A stretch of 32,000 bases of DNA from Idiomarina loihiensis L2TR (GTDB taxonomy: Bacteria > Pseudomonadota > Gammaproteobacteria > Enterobacterales > Alteromonadaceae). The notes under the pieces were generated by a model. The model saw nothing but the letters and a program-made list of their open reading frames with translations, had not been told where the DNA came from and did no database searches. A program made the translations under genes and the position numbers. This document shows, piece by piece, positions 8,825 through 17,495 of the stretch. Every line of letters starts with the position of its first letter. Position 1 is the stretch's first letter. The stretch is taken from the NCBI RefSeq assembly GCF_000008465.1, contig NC_006512.1, positions 840,001 through 872,000 on the forward strand, in the 5' to 3' direction.

Positions 8825-9313
8825 ATGCCTATATCTTTATACACGAAGACCGCCTCTTCCAGTGTGCCTTCGGTCAGTACTAAGCCGCTCAACACAACAA
8901 CGAATAGCCAACCTGCGAGCGACAAAACCAGTAGCAGCGCCAGTTTTTATGTTGACCTGTCACCTTTGGTTAAAGAACTTACCTCTGCCTCTGAAAAAGG
9001 GGAAAGCTCGCTTCTTTCTAAGAAGGAAAAAATTGACGAAAGTAGCCTTCCCACAGGGCTAAAAGACTTACTAAAACGGATAGCGGAGTACAGAGAAAAG
9101 CTTAAGGAGAAACAGCAGGAACTGCGGGACGTTATGAACGATAGTGCCCTGAGCGATGAAGAACGCAAGGCTCGAATAGACGCTCTGCAAAAGGAAATCA
9201 GTAGCTATAATACCGCACTTAGCCAGGCCATGCTCCAACTCGGCGAAACGGTTGATCAAATGGACTTAGATGACAAAGCAGTTGCGGAAGTGATGTCCTT
9301 GGTTATGTCGTAA
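8825..9313 (+). CDS. Hypothetical protein: S/T-rich low-complexity N-terminus plus charged coiled-coil C-terminus
   Basis: SD GGAGAGAG lies 5 nt upstream of the ATG. 162 aa, with no TM or signal peptide. I recognised no family. Confidence 0.55.
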   Translation: MPISLYTKTASSSVPSVSTKPLNTTTNSQPASDKTSSSASFYVDLSPLVKELTSASEKGESSLLSKKEKIDESSLPTGLKDLLKRIAEYREKLKEKQQELRDVMNDSALSDEERKARIDALQKEISSYNTALSQAMLQLGETVDQMDLDDKAVAEVMSLVMS

Positions 9314-9404
9314 TGAAAATCCCCACTTTTTGATCTGCATTTGCGAAACTTAACCGCCGCGTATGTACTCTAATTGAAGTGCAATCTTCAAATAGGAGTA
9401 CGTT

Positions 9405-10184
9405 ATGTCTATACAAAATAAAGTAGCTTTAGTAACTGGAGCTGGTCAGGGCATTGGGCGCGCTATAGCTTTGCGATTGGCAAAAGATGGTGCCGACATT
9501 GCCATTGTGGATCTAAACGAAGACAAGATGAATGAGGTCTCCCGCGAAGTAGAAGCATTAAACCGGAAAGCAACAACATTCAAAGCTGATGTAAGTGACC
9601 GGGAGCAGGTTTACGCTGCCATTGATCACGCTGAAAAAACGCTTGGTGGTTTCGACATCATGGTGAACAACGCGGGTATTGCCCAAGTTCAGGCAATTGC
9701 GGATGTCACTCAAGAAGAATTAGATAAAATTCAGAAAATTAATGTTGATGGTACTCTTTGGGGCATTCAGGCAGCAGCGAAGAAGTTTATTGAGCGCAAA
9801 CAAAAAGGCAAAATTATCAATGCCTCCTCTATCGCGGGTCATAACGGTTTTGCATTATTGGGTGTTTACTCATCAACTAAGTTCGCCGTGCGCGCGTTAA
9901 CTCAAGCCGCAGCCCTGGAATATGCAAGCCAGGGTATTACGGTAAACGCCTACTGCCCCGGAGTCGTTGGCACCGATATGTGGGTTGAAATTGACAAACG
10001 CTTTGCTGAACTTACTGATGCGCCCGTAGGCGAGACGTACAAAAAGTATGTTGATGGCATTGCTCTTGGCCGCGCGCAAACACCAGAGGATGTCGCAAGT
10101 TTTGTATCTTATCTGGCTGGCCCCGATTCTGACTACATGACGGGTCAGGCTCCGTTAATTGATGGCGGTATCGTTTTTCGTTAA
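9405..10184 (+). CDS. budC: Acetoin reductase / (S,S)- or meso-2,3-butanediol dehydrogenase (SDR family)
   Basis: Near-collinear with Klebsiella BudC: VALVTGAGQGIG.AIALRL.KDG, VDVSDR.QV.AA...A.KTLGGFD..VNNAG, GKIINA.S.AGH, VYSS.KFAVR.LTQ.AA, GITVN.YCPG.V.T.MW.EID, YL..PDSDYMTGQ..LIDGG.VF. SD is AGGAG. Confidence 0.9.
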   Translation: MSIQNKVALVTGAGQGIGRAIALRLAKDGADIAIVDLNEDKMNEVSREVEALNRKATTFKADVSDREQVYAAIDHAEKTLGGFDIMVNNAGIAQVQAIADVTQEELDKIQKINVDGTLWGIQAAAKKFIERKQKGKIINASSIAGHNGFALLGVYSSTKFAVRALTQAAALEYASQGITVNAYCPGVVGTDMWVEIDKRFAELTDAPVGETYKKYVDGIALGRAQTPEDVASFVSYLAGPDSDYMTGQAPLIDGGIVFR

Positions 10185-10242
10185 GAGAGTCATCGTATTC
10201 CACATACCGATGAATCGCTAAATTTCCGGTATTTGCTGGTGC

Positions 10243-11410
10243 TTATTTGCAATGCACCAGCTTACTGCCGGGATGAAACAGCTTCCAGGAGAACCAATAT
10301 TCATCGGAAATAGCTACAGGAACCAGGTTCGATTCTATTTCGCCTTTTATAAACTTACCGCGAACATCCCACACCGTTCCGCTTTTAGTGTCGCAAAGCG
10401 TGCTGTTAGCACCGGGTTCAATGCTCACCGGCTTTTCCTCGACTGAGCTTTTAAAACCAAGAACTGAGCCGTTCACAGCGACAAGCACAACACCTAACTC
10501 TTCGTTGTTAACCACGCCCTGCTTTAGTAACTCGTCTTTAAGGTACACAACCTGCGGGTTAGCGACTTTATCGGTAATGCCCACCACATGCGTTCGGGGC
10601 GAAAAGGTATTATCCCGGTTTTTTTGATGACAGTCCTGGGGTCAAACCATTCGCTATAACCTTTTTCCAAAGGCCCTTAACGGGAAGCTCAAACGCTTTA
10701 AAGTCCTGCTTTGTTACTCTCACGACCTTAGGACAGGGGTTCAGCTTTTTCACCTCACTCCAGGTTAAAACCTGAAACGGGATCATTGTTAGTGTATACG
10801 GGTGTAACTTGCCAATAACCGATTCACAACTGGCTTGCTGAAAAAAGGTTTTAGTTTTCTTGTCAGCCACAATCATATTCGCGTTTTTAAACGAGCCGAC
10901 AAATAAAGGGCCAATATCGGTGACATCGAAAGGAATAATACTGTGGCACATAGCGCAATAAGTTAATGCTACCAGTCTGTCATCGAAACGATCATTAATA
11001 ATATGGTGATGTATTACATAGTCTAGCGGGTAAGCCTTAGTAACACCATCGCACTCAATAACAGCCAGCTCCATGTTGTCCTGAAGAGAAAGCTTCAGCG
11101 GCTCATCTGCCATGGCGGGGAAATCAACCGCTTTAAACGCATTCTCCTGATGCATTCGATGCGCTAATACAACGGCCAACGCCATTAGGATAAGAGGAGG
11201 AAACGTCCATAAAGGCAGCTCGTCAATTTGCCAGCTCATTAGCAAAGTACCGATAACACCAGCAACCAGCACAGCCCAGGTAAAAGGCTTTCGAATAAAG
11301 TAATGGTAATACGACCACTGAACAGGAAACGACTGGATAAGCGTCATATATACGGCAGCAGCGCTCACTGCCAGAGACAAAATTGCGAATGCATAAAAGA
11401 TAAATACCAT
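10243..11410 (-). pseudogene. DUF3179-family membrane-anchored protein, split into two ORFs by a frameshift at an A7 (plus-strand T7) tract
   Basis: ORF 10610..11410 carries N-terminal TMs plus the first half of DUF3179 (AYPLDYV.HH.I.ND, LTYCAMCHS). ORF 10243..10587 carries the second half ending in the family's WF.W..FHP motif (YWFSWKLFHPGSKL). The downstream frame is open back to 10640. Removing one A from TCATCAAAAAAACCGGG (10619-10625) gives ...SSKNRDNTFSPRTHVVGITDK... in one frame. Confidence 0.7.
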
Positions 11411-11513
11411 AACGGTCTCTCAGTTAAAGCAAAAAAGCGGCGCATGCGATTACCGAAGTAAACATCATCTCATTAAATAAAGCCATAGCGGCAATAGCTC
11501 ACCTTAAATACAA

Positions 11514-11542
11514 TTGATAATAGTTATCATTAACATTATAGT
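11514..11542 (+). promoter_or_regulatory. Sigma70-type promoter of the TonB-dependent receptor gene
   Basis: TTGATA (11514-11519), 17-nt spacer, TATAGT (11537-11542). SD GAGGA lies about 8 nt before the GTG start at 11579. Confidence 0.5.
11516..11534. promoter_or_regulatory. Fur box
   Basis: GATAATAGTTATCATTAAC matches the 19-bp consensus GATAATGATAATCATTATC at 15/19 positions. It overlaps the -35 and spacer of the receptor promoter. Confidence 0.7.
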
Positions 11543-11578
11543 AACCTCTCTACACTTTACACAGGCGAGGATATAAAG

Positions 11579-13750
11579 GTGATAACTCAGCATTTAAAAA
11601 AATCCCCTCTTCACTTAGCGGTATTACTGGGCATAGGCGCAGCCTCAGCTGCTTTGCCGTCTTACGCTCAGGACGAAAGCAGCAAAAGCGAAGAAATGGA
11701 AAGAATTGAAATTAAAAACTCTTACACAACACGTGTTATGAATTATTCCACCGGGCTTAACCTCTCACTTAGAGAAACCCCGCAGTCAATGACCGTAATT
11801 ACCCAACAGCAGATTGACGATTTAGCAATAACAGAAATTGCTCAGGCACTCCGATACACCACCGGCATTAACGTCAACCGAGCCGAAACAGATCGCATTT
11901 TTCCGACCGCACGCGGGTTCTCTATTGATAACGTGCAATTTGACGGTGCTAATGTGCGCGGTGCTTACGGTGGTGTTGAAGGCGACTTTCTCTCTGACAT
12001 GGCCGTTTATGAGCGTGTAGAAGTGATTCGGGGCGCTGCAGGTTTACTCCAGGGGGCGGGCAATCCATCAGCCGCTATCAATTTAATTCGTAAAAAACCA
12101 ACGGAAGACCTCCGCTCTTCTATTAACATTAAAGCCGGTCGATGGGATTTAACCCGAGCGGAAGCCGATGTCTCGTCAAGTCTTGGTTTTGACGACAAGT
12201 TAAGGGGACGCTTTGTTGCGGCTTATCAGGATGCCGGTTCTTACATGGACAGTGTAGAGCGTGATAAAACGATTCTTTACGGTATTCTGGAAGCTGACAT
12301 AACGCCCTATACCGAAGTCAATTTCGGTGTCGACTACCAGAAACATCATGTTGATGGAATAAGTTACGGTGAGCCCGTACCTTTATATTACAACGACGGT
12401 ACACGTACTGATCTCCCCCGCTCCAGCAATACCGGAAGTGACTGGACCTACCGGGATCGTGATCGCAACATTACTTTTGCCTCACTGGAGCACCGTTTTG
12501 CCAACTTTTGGCAATTTGATTTCTACGCCAGCCATATTGACGGGCATTATGATGACAAAAGAATGTATGTAACCGGATTTCTTGATCGGGACACCGGCCT
12601 CGGACTTGGAGCCAGCCCCAGCTCGACCAGAGGTGACTGGAACCAATATACTCTGGACTTTAGACTAAGCGGTCCGTTTGAGCTTTTAGGACGCCAACAT
12701 CAAATGGTTGTCGGCTGGAACAGTAACCTTGAAGAAAATGACCGAAGCAGACGACCTGCACTGTCAGCAATTGAGCCATGGAGCTTTTACCAATGGGATT
12801 CTGTCTCTGAACAAGAATTTGCATCGGCATCTGACTATATCTGGGGCTGGGAAACTAAGCAAAGCGGATTTTACAGTGGTGCGCAATTTGACCTAGCGGA
12901 GCCTTTGTCCCTAATTGTAGGACTTCGCACCAGTTCATGGTCGCATGAAGAGTACAACTACACTCCCGAGGCTATGAGCTCCCCTGTCACCGCGGTGGAT
13001 GAATCTGACTCCGGTGTTATTACCCCATACGCAGGCATTGTTTACGACATTAATGATCATTTCTCCAGCTACGCCAGCCTGACCGATATCTACAACATTC
13101 AAACTCAAAAAGATCGGTATGGTAATTTGCTTGACCCTGTGCACGGCGAAAACTATGAAATAGGTCTGAAAGGCGAATTCTTTAACCAACGACTGAACTT
13201 CTCTACTGCAGTATTCCAGGTTAAGCAGCGAAATGTTGCGGTTCCGGATATTGAAGTGATTGTCGCTGGCCAACCAGAGCAACGCTATAAAGCAGAAGAC
13301 GGTGTTGAAACCAAAGGTTATGAAGCTGAGCTTTCTGGCGAGCTAATGACCGGCCTTCAAATTTACGCAGGTTACACACACCGGGTAGCCCGCAACAATG
13401 ACGGCGAAAAAGTCAGCCGACAAGCGCCTGAAGACATGGTAAGAATAACCAGTTCTTATAGCTTTGCAGAGAATTTGCCGGAGCTTACTCTCGGTGGTGG
13501 GCTTCGCTGGCAAAGTGAAGTATTCCCTTCAAGAAACCAAGGTGTGGGCCCCAATGGTGAAATCCCCCGCCAGGAAAGTTATACGGTTGCCGACCTGTTT
13601 GCCCGCTATCAGATCTCTGACAGCCTTACTGCGTCATTAAATATTAACAACCTTTTTGATAAGAATTACTTTGAAAGTGTCGGCGTGTACAACTACGGCT
13701 CTTATGGCGAACCACGTAATATCAGTGCCAGTGTGCGCTGGGACTTCTAA
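11579..13750 (+). CDS. TonB-dependent siderophore receptor (FhuE/FcuA-like, no N-terminal signalling domain)
   Basis: GTG start. The signal peptide ends at SYAQDE. The plug motif is ETPQSMTVITQQQIDD...ALRYTTGI, then RGF....V..DG. The beta-barrel ends NISASVRWDF with a terminal Phe. A Fur box lies upstream. Confidence 0.92.
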   Translation: MITQHLKKSPLHLAVLLGIGAASAALPSYAQDESSKSEEMERIEIKNSYTTRVMNYSTGLNLSLRETPQSMTVITQQQIDDLAITEIAQALRYTTGINVNRAETDRIFPTARGFSIDNVQFDGANVRGAYGGVEGDFLSDMAVYERVEVIRGAAGLLQGAGNPSAAINLIRKKPTEDLRSSINIKAGRWDLTRAEADVSSSLGFDDKLRGRFVAAYQDAGSYMDSVERDKTILYGILEADITPYTEVNFGVDYQKHHVDGISYGEPVPLYYNDGTRTDLPRSSNTGSDWTYRDRDRNITFASLEHRFANFWQFDFYASHIDGHYDDKRMYVTGFLDRDTGLGLGASPSSTRGDWNQYTLDFRLSGPFELLGRQHQMVVGWNSNLEENDRSRRPALSAIEPWSFYQWDSVSEQEFASASDYIWGWETKQSGFYSGAQFDLAEPLSLIVGLRTSSWSHEEYNYTPEAMSSPVTAVDESDSGVITPYAGIVYDINDHFSSYASLTDIYNIQTQKDRYGNLLDPVHGENYEIGLKGEFFNQRLNFSTAVFQVKQRNVAVPDIEVIVAGQPEQRYKAEDGVETKGYEAELSGELMTGLQIYAGYTHRVARNNDGEKVSRQAPEDMVRITSSYSFAENLPELTLGGGLRWQSEVFPSRNQGVGPNGEIPRQESYTVADLFARYQISDSLTASLNINNLFDKNYFESVGVYNYGSYGEPRNISASVRWDF

Positions 13751-13780
13751 GGTATTGCCCTTTCATGATCTAAAAAATCG

Positions 13781-13818
13781 ATATAGCCCTGCTACTACGT
13801 ATGATAGCGGGGCTATAT
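13781..13818 (+). terminator. 13-bp stem hairpin downstream of the receptor gene (possible intrinsic terminator, weak U-tract)
   Basis: ATATAGCCCTGCT-12 nt-AGCGGGGCTATAT with one G-U pair, 31 nt after the stop at 13750. No clear T-run follows. Confidence 0.4.
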
Positions 13819-13940
13819 GCAGACTCTCTGGTGTGCTGATTTTATCTTTACGCCAAATTATTGATTCAGATCAAGCTATTCGGCGAAACAAAGGAACACA
13901 ATAATAGAATATAAATTCACTGACAGAAAAGGCTAATGCC

Positions 13941-15089
13941 ATGAGCAGTACTTTTTATATTCCAGCGGTCAATATTATTGGCGAGAACGCCCTTAAAGAT
14001 GCGGCCACGCAAATGGACAACTATGGCTTTAAACAAGCCTTGATAGTCACCGACCCCGGCATGACCAAACTGGGCGTTACTGCCGAAATCGAAGCCCTGC
14101 TCAAAGAGCATGGAATAGACAGCCTAATTTACGATGGCGTACAACCCAACCCGACAGTAACGAACGTGAAAGCCGGGTTAGATGTTCTGCAGAAACATCA
14201 ATGCGATTGTGTTATTTCACTAGGTGGAGGTTCAGCTCACGACTGCGCCAAAGGTATAGCCCTGGTTGCCACTAATGGCGGGCATATTAGTGACTATGAA
14301 GGCGTTGATGTCTCGAAAAAGCCACAACTGCCACTCATTAGTATTAATACCACCGCAGGCACAGCGTCCGAAATGACCCGCTTTTGCATCATTACCGATC
14401 CGGAACGCCATATTAAAATGGCAATTGTCGACCAAAATGTGACACCAATTCTGTCGGTTAACGACCCAAGGTTAATGGTCGGTATGCCTGCCAGCTTGAC
14501 TGCAGCAACAGGCATGGATGCGCTGACCCATGCCGTTGAAGCCTATGTATCTACCGACGCTACGCCGATTACCGATGCCTGTGCCATAAAAGCCATAGAG
14601 ATTATCCGGGACAATCTGCACGAAGCGGTTCATAACGGAGCGAATATGGAAGCTCGTGAGCAAATGGCTTACGCACAGTTTCTGGCGGGTATGGCGTTTA
14701 ACAATGCGTCCCTGGGTTATGTACATGCCATGGCGCACCAACTCGGCGGATTCTACGACTTGCCGCACGGCGTCTGCAACGCGGTTTTATTGCCTCATGT
14801 GCAACGCTACAACAGTCAGGTTGTCGCACCGCGCCTGAAAGACATTGGTAAAGCACTGGGCGCAGAAGTACAGGGATTAACAGAAAAAGAAGGGGCTGAC
14901 GCTGCTATTGCCGCCATTGTAAAACTATCTCAAAGCGTCAATATTCCGGCTGGTTTGGAAGAATTAGGGGCAAAAGAAGAGGACTTTAATACATTGGCAG
15001 ACAATGCCATGAAAGACGCTTGTGGCCTGACTAATCCAATTCAACCCAGTCACGAAGACATTGTTACTATTTTTAAAGCGGCTTTTTAA
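13941..15089 (+). CDS. Iron-containing (group III) alcohol dehydrogenase, AdhB/YiaY-like
   Basis: [23 protein letters not shown]....P...[16 protein letters not shown], and His-rich metal site [21 protein letters not shown]. 382 aa. Confidence 0.92.
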   Translation: MSSTFYIPAVNIIGENALKDAATQMDNYGFKQALIVTDPGMTKLGVTAEIEALLKEHGIDSLIYDGVQPNPTVTNVKAGLDVLQKHQCDCVISLGGGSAHDCAKGIALVATNGGHISDYEGVDVSKKPQLPLISINTTAGTASEMTRFCIITDPERHIKMAIVDQNVTPILSVNDPRLMVGMPASLTAATGMDALTHAVEAYVSTDATPITDACAIKAIEIIRDNLHEAVHNGANMEAREQMAYAQFLAGMAFNNASLGYVHAMAHQLGGFYDLPHGVCNAVLLPHVQRYNSQVVAPRLKDIGKALGAEVQGLTEKEGADAAIAAIVKLSQSVNIPAGLEELGAKEEDFNTLADNAMKDACGLTNPIQPSHEDIVTIFKAAF

Positions 15090-15168
15090 CCGGAGTCTTT
15101 TAAGCTTGTCCGTCCGACATCGGACATAGCTAAAGTTTATTGTACTGTGCTAACAAAATCCTATACCT

Positions 15169-15190
15169 GCGGCTACATTAATGTAGCCGC
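15169..15190. terminator. Perfect 22-bp palindrome at the convergent junction (candidate bidirectional terminator)
   Basis: GCGGCTACATTAATGTAGCCGC is its own reverse complement. It overlaps the stop codon (15178-15180) and last codons of the minus-strand ORF, and lies 80 nt after the adh stop. Confidence 0.4.
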
Positions 15191-15624
15191 GAATACGCTG
15201 ATGTATCATATCCAGCAACGGTAGTCCCATTCATAGGCATAGTTTGTTCCTCTGTTTCCTTGTACGTAAACATGAGTTGTCGCAACTTGCAGCCTTCGCG
15301 AAGCAGAGCTATAGCGGCCGGATGATCTGACGAAAGCGTATTCTGTAACTGCTGAAAATTGTGTAATGCCCGACTTAACAGAGAAACGCAGCAATTCACG
15401 CGATTTTGACGATTATATGTCTCAGACAGATTCTGCACCGCAATTGACAAGCAAATAATAACCTCGCCAGCCTGCTCATGCTGGTTTTTCAGGATATCAC
15501 TCAAATGTCCTCGTAACAGAAGAATACTATTCATGTAGTAATGATTGGCATTTTGCCATTGTCCCTGCTCAAACTCATAATTCCCCATACGCTGTAACAT
15601 TTTCCAATTCTGTATCAGTTCCAT
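15178..15624 (-). CDS. Hypothetical helical (TPR-like) protein; faintly reminiscent of the DUF2753 family
   Basis: Strong SD AGGAGG 4 nt from the ATG. 148 aa and helical by composition. N-terminal GNYEFEQGQWQNANHYY is TPR-like. The family call is from memory only. Confidence 0.6.
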   Translation of the reverse strand: MELIQNWKMLQRMGNYEFEQGQWQNANHYYMNSILLLRGHLSDILKNQHEQAGEVIICLSIAVQNLSETYNRQNRVNCCVSLLSRALHNFQQLQNTLSSDHPAAIALLREGCKLRQLMFTYKETEEQTMPMNGTTVAGYDTSAYSRLH

Positions 15625-15655
15625 AATAACCTCCTGCGTTACTCATCAGCATGCC

Positions 15656-15684
15656 TTGCAATTTAATTAAATGCAAATGATAAT
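15656..15684 (+). promoter_or_regulatory. Sigma70-type promoter of sodA
   Basis: TTGCAA (15656-15661), 17-nt spacer, GATAAT (15679-15684). SD AGGAG at 15710-15714. Confidence 0.5.
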
Positions 15685-15691
15685 GATTACC
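15673..15691. promoter_or_regulatory. Fur box overlapping the sodA -10
   Basis: GCAAATGATAATGATTACC matches GATAATGATAATCATTATC at 15/19. It covers the GATAAT -10 hexamer. The same 96-nt intergenic region also serves the divergent gene at 15624. Confidence 0.65.
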
Positions 15692-15720
15692 GTTAACTTT
15701 AAATTAATCAGGAGTAAACT

Positions 15721-16329
15721 ATGTGCTTTAAATTACCTGCGTTACCCTACAACTACGATGCACTTGAGCCTCATGTCGATGCCATGACAATGGAAATTCA
15801 CCATCAGCGACATCACCAGACCTATGTCAACGGTCTGAACCAGGCACTGGCCGAAACCCGTTACGAAAAATGGGACTTATCTGAACTGTTACGACAAATT
15901 GAGAGTATACCTAGTAATATGCAGTCTGCTGTGCGTAATCATGGTGGTGGCCATGCTAACCACTCATTGTTCTGGCAAGTTATGTCACCTCAGGGCGGTG
16001 GCGAACCCACGGGCAATCTGGCTAAAGCCATAGAGACCGACATTGGCGGCTTTAAGGCCTTTCAGGAACAATTCACTCAGGCTGCGGTCAGTCGGTTTGG
16101 TAGCGGCTGGGCCTGGTTAGTGATTAATGCCAACGGACAACTTGAAATAACCAGTACAGCGAATCAAGATAGTCCATTAATGGATGGACTGACTCCCATA
16201 CTCGAGCTGGATGTTTGGGAACACGCTTACTATTTAAAATATCAGAACAAACGTGCAGACTATATTGCAGCATTTTATGAAGTGATTCACTGGCCGGAAG
16301 TTGCCAGGCGTTTTGAGGAACATGAATGA
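15721..16329 (+). CDS. sodA: Manganese-type superoxide dismutase
   Basis: [30 protein letters not shown] and [15 protein letters not shown] as in E. coli SodA (Mn-type Gln in the C-terminal domain). Confidence 0.93.
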   Translation: MCFKLPALPYNYDALEPHVDAMTMEIHHQRHHQTYVNGLNQALAETRYEKWDLSELLRQIESIPSNMQSAVRNHGGGHANHSLFWQVMSPQGGGEPTGNLAKAIETDIGGFKAFQEQFTQAAVSRFGSGWAWLVINANGQLEITSTANQDSPLMDGLTPILELDVWEHAYYLKYQNKRADYIAAFYEVIHWPEVARRFEEHE

Positions 16330-17219
16330 AGGTAATGGAATTATTTCAACCGGGTTGGCGTCTTGGAAGCAAGCTACTCGGTTGGTTCGTCCTGGTTTTG
16401 GGCGCAGGCTATGGTTTATATCAGCTCATTCTGTTAATGCAGAATCAGGACCATGTACGCTACGCGTTTTATGCCGGAATGGTAGCGGCTGGAGCCACGG
16501 CTGCGGGTACCCTTCCCGCTCTTTTCTCTCGTGGATTATCAACTCGTTTACATGCTGCAATATTGGGGTTTGGCGGCGGAGTTATGCTGGCAGCCAGCAT
16601 TTTTTCTCTCATTGTACCGGCGTTAGATCTATTCGAAATAGCAGCACAAACCGCTTGGCATGCGCCGCTAAAAGTGTCTGCGGCTATACTTTTGGGCTCT
16701 TTTTTAATGATGGCTCTGGAGCGCAGTGTCCCACATGAGCACTTTATTAAAGGCACTGAAGGACGCCAGGCACTGATATTGAAACGCAGTTGGTTGTTTG
16801 TTTTTGCAATTATTCTGCACAATATTCCTGAAGGGTTGGCAATAGGCGTAGCTTACGCCGGCGATGACACAGTCGGAGCGTCCACTCTGGCAACCGGTAT
16901 TTCTGTGCAAGACATACCTGAGGGCTTTGTCGTAGCCATGGCTCTATTGGCCGCAGGTTATAGCCGTAAGATAGCAATTGGTGTCGGGATGTTATCCGGT
17001 TTGGTGGAGCCATTAATGGCTGTTATTGGCGCCATTGCATTAAGCAACTCAGCTGTGCTGCCCTGGGGGCTGGCTATGGCCGCGGGTGCTATGTTATTCG
17101 TCATCAGTCATGAAATGATTCCCGAGTCACACAAACAAGGCCACGAAATGTCTGCAACGAATGGTCTGATGCTGGGTTTCGTGCTGATGTTTGTGCTGGA
17201 TACAGCCTTGGGTAGTTAG
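16326..17219 (+). CDS. ZIP-family divalent metal transporter (ZupT/GufA-like) with an extra N-terminal helix
   Basis: [13 protein letters not shown] and [14 protein letters not shown] signature helices, about 8 TM. Its ATG overlaps the sodA stop (ATGA, 16326-16329). Confidence 0.9.
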   Translation: MKVMELFQPGWRLGSKLLGWFVLVLGAGYGLYQLILLMQNQDHVRYAFYAGMVAAGATAAGTLPALFSRGLSTRLHAAILGFGGGVMLAASIFSLIVPALDLFEIAAQTAWHAPLKVSAAILLGSFLMMALERSVPHEHFIKGTEGRQALILKRSWLFVFAIILHNIPEGLAIGVAYAGDDTVGASTLATGISVQDIPEGFVVAMALLAAGYSRKIAIGVGMLSGLVEPLMAVIGAIALSNSAVLPWGLAMAAGAMLFVISHEMIPESHKQGHEMSATNGLMLGFVLMFVLDTALGS

Positions 17220-17303
17220 CGCTCAGCTTAACTACCTGAAGCGAATTCGCATTTTCTTTTAAATAAGTAACAGTTTCCGTTTTCATAGCATTTTTCACAA
17301 AGC

Positions 17304-17495
17304 TTATTTATCAAGTAACCACATGACAAAGGCGTACAAGTTGGTAAAAAGGTAAAAAGCACACAGACACAGTGTCACAAAATAAACTGAAAACAGCACC
17401 ACTTTGGGTACTACTTCCCTGACTAGCCACAGGAAGCCTGATGCGGCTAGCCAACAAGGCAATGCCGCGGTCAATGCTAAAATCACAACTTGCAT
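17304..17495 (-). CDS. Possible small two-TM membrane protein (63 aa)
   Basis: Very hydrophobic ORF with average G+C. There is no convincing SD and I recognised no family. Confidence 0.35.
   Translation of the reverse strand: MQVVILALTAALPCWLAASGFLWLVREVVPKVVLFSVYFVTLCLCAFYLFTNLYAFVMWLLDK

Noticed and set aside
8825-9313. FlgM-like anti-sigma-28 assignment for the S/T-rich ORF
   Set aside because: Only the disordered S/T-rich N-terminus is reminiscent of FlgM. The conserved C-terminal sigma-28-binding helices are not recognisable, and there is no flagellar gene context.
16301-16822. 145-aa (+) and 117-aa (-) ORFs inside the ZIP transporter gene
   Set aside because: They are alternate-frame or antisense shadows with Arg/Cys/Ser-rich composition. 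The ZIP frame carries the family signature motifs.
17241-17260. GCGAATTCGC followed by ATTTTCTTTT as a terminator for the sodA-ZIP operon
   Set aside because: The palindrome can only form a 3-4 bp stem, too weak to call an intrinsic terminator despite the T-rich tail.
17104-17298. 64-aa minus-strand ORF whose internal start reads MKTETVTYLKENANSLQ, resembling the N-terminus of Phd/YefM-type antitoxins
   Set aside because: Only about 17 residues look antitoxin-like. The rest overlaps the 3' end of the intact ZIP gene and has no family features, and no toxin partner is present. At most it is a tiny remnant and cannot be supported as a gene.
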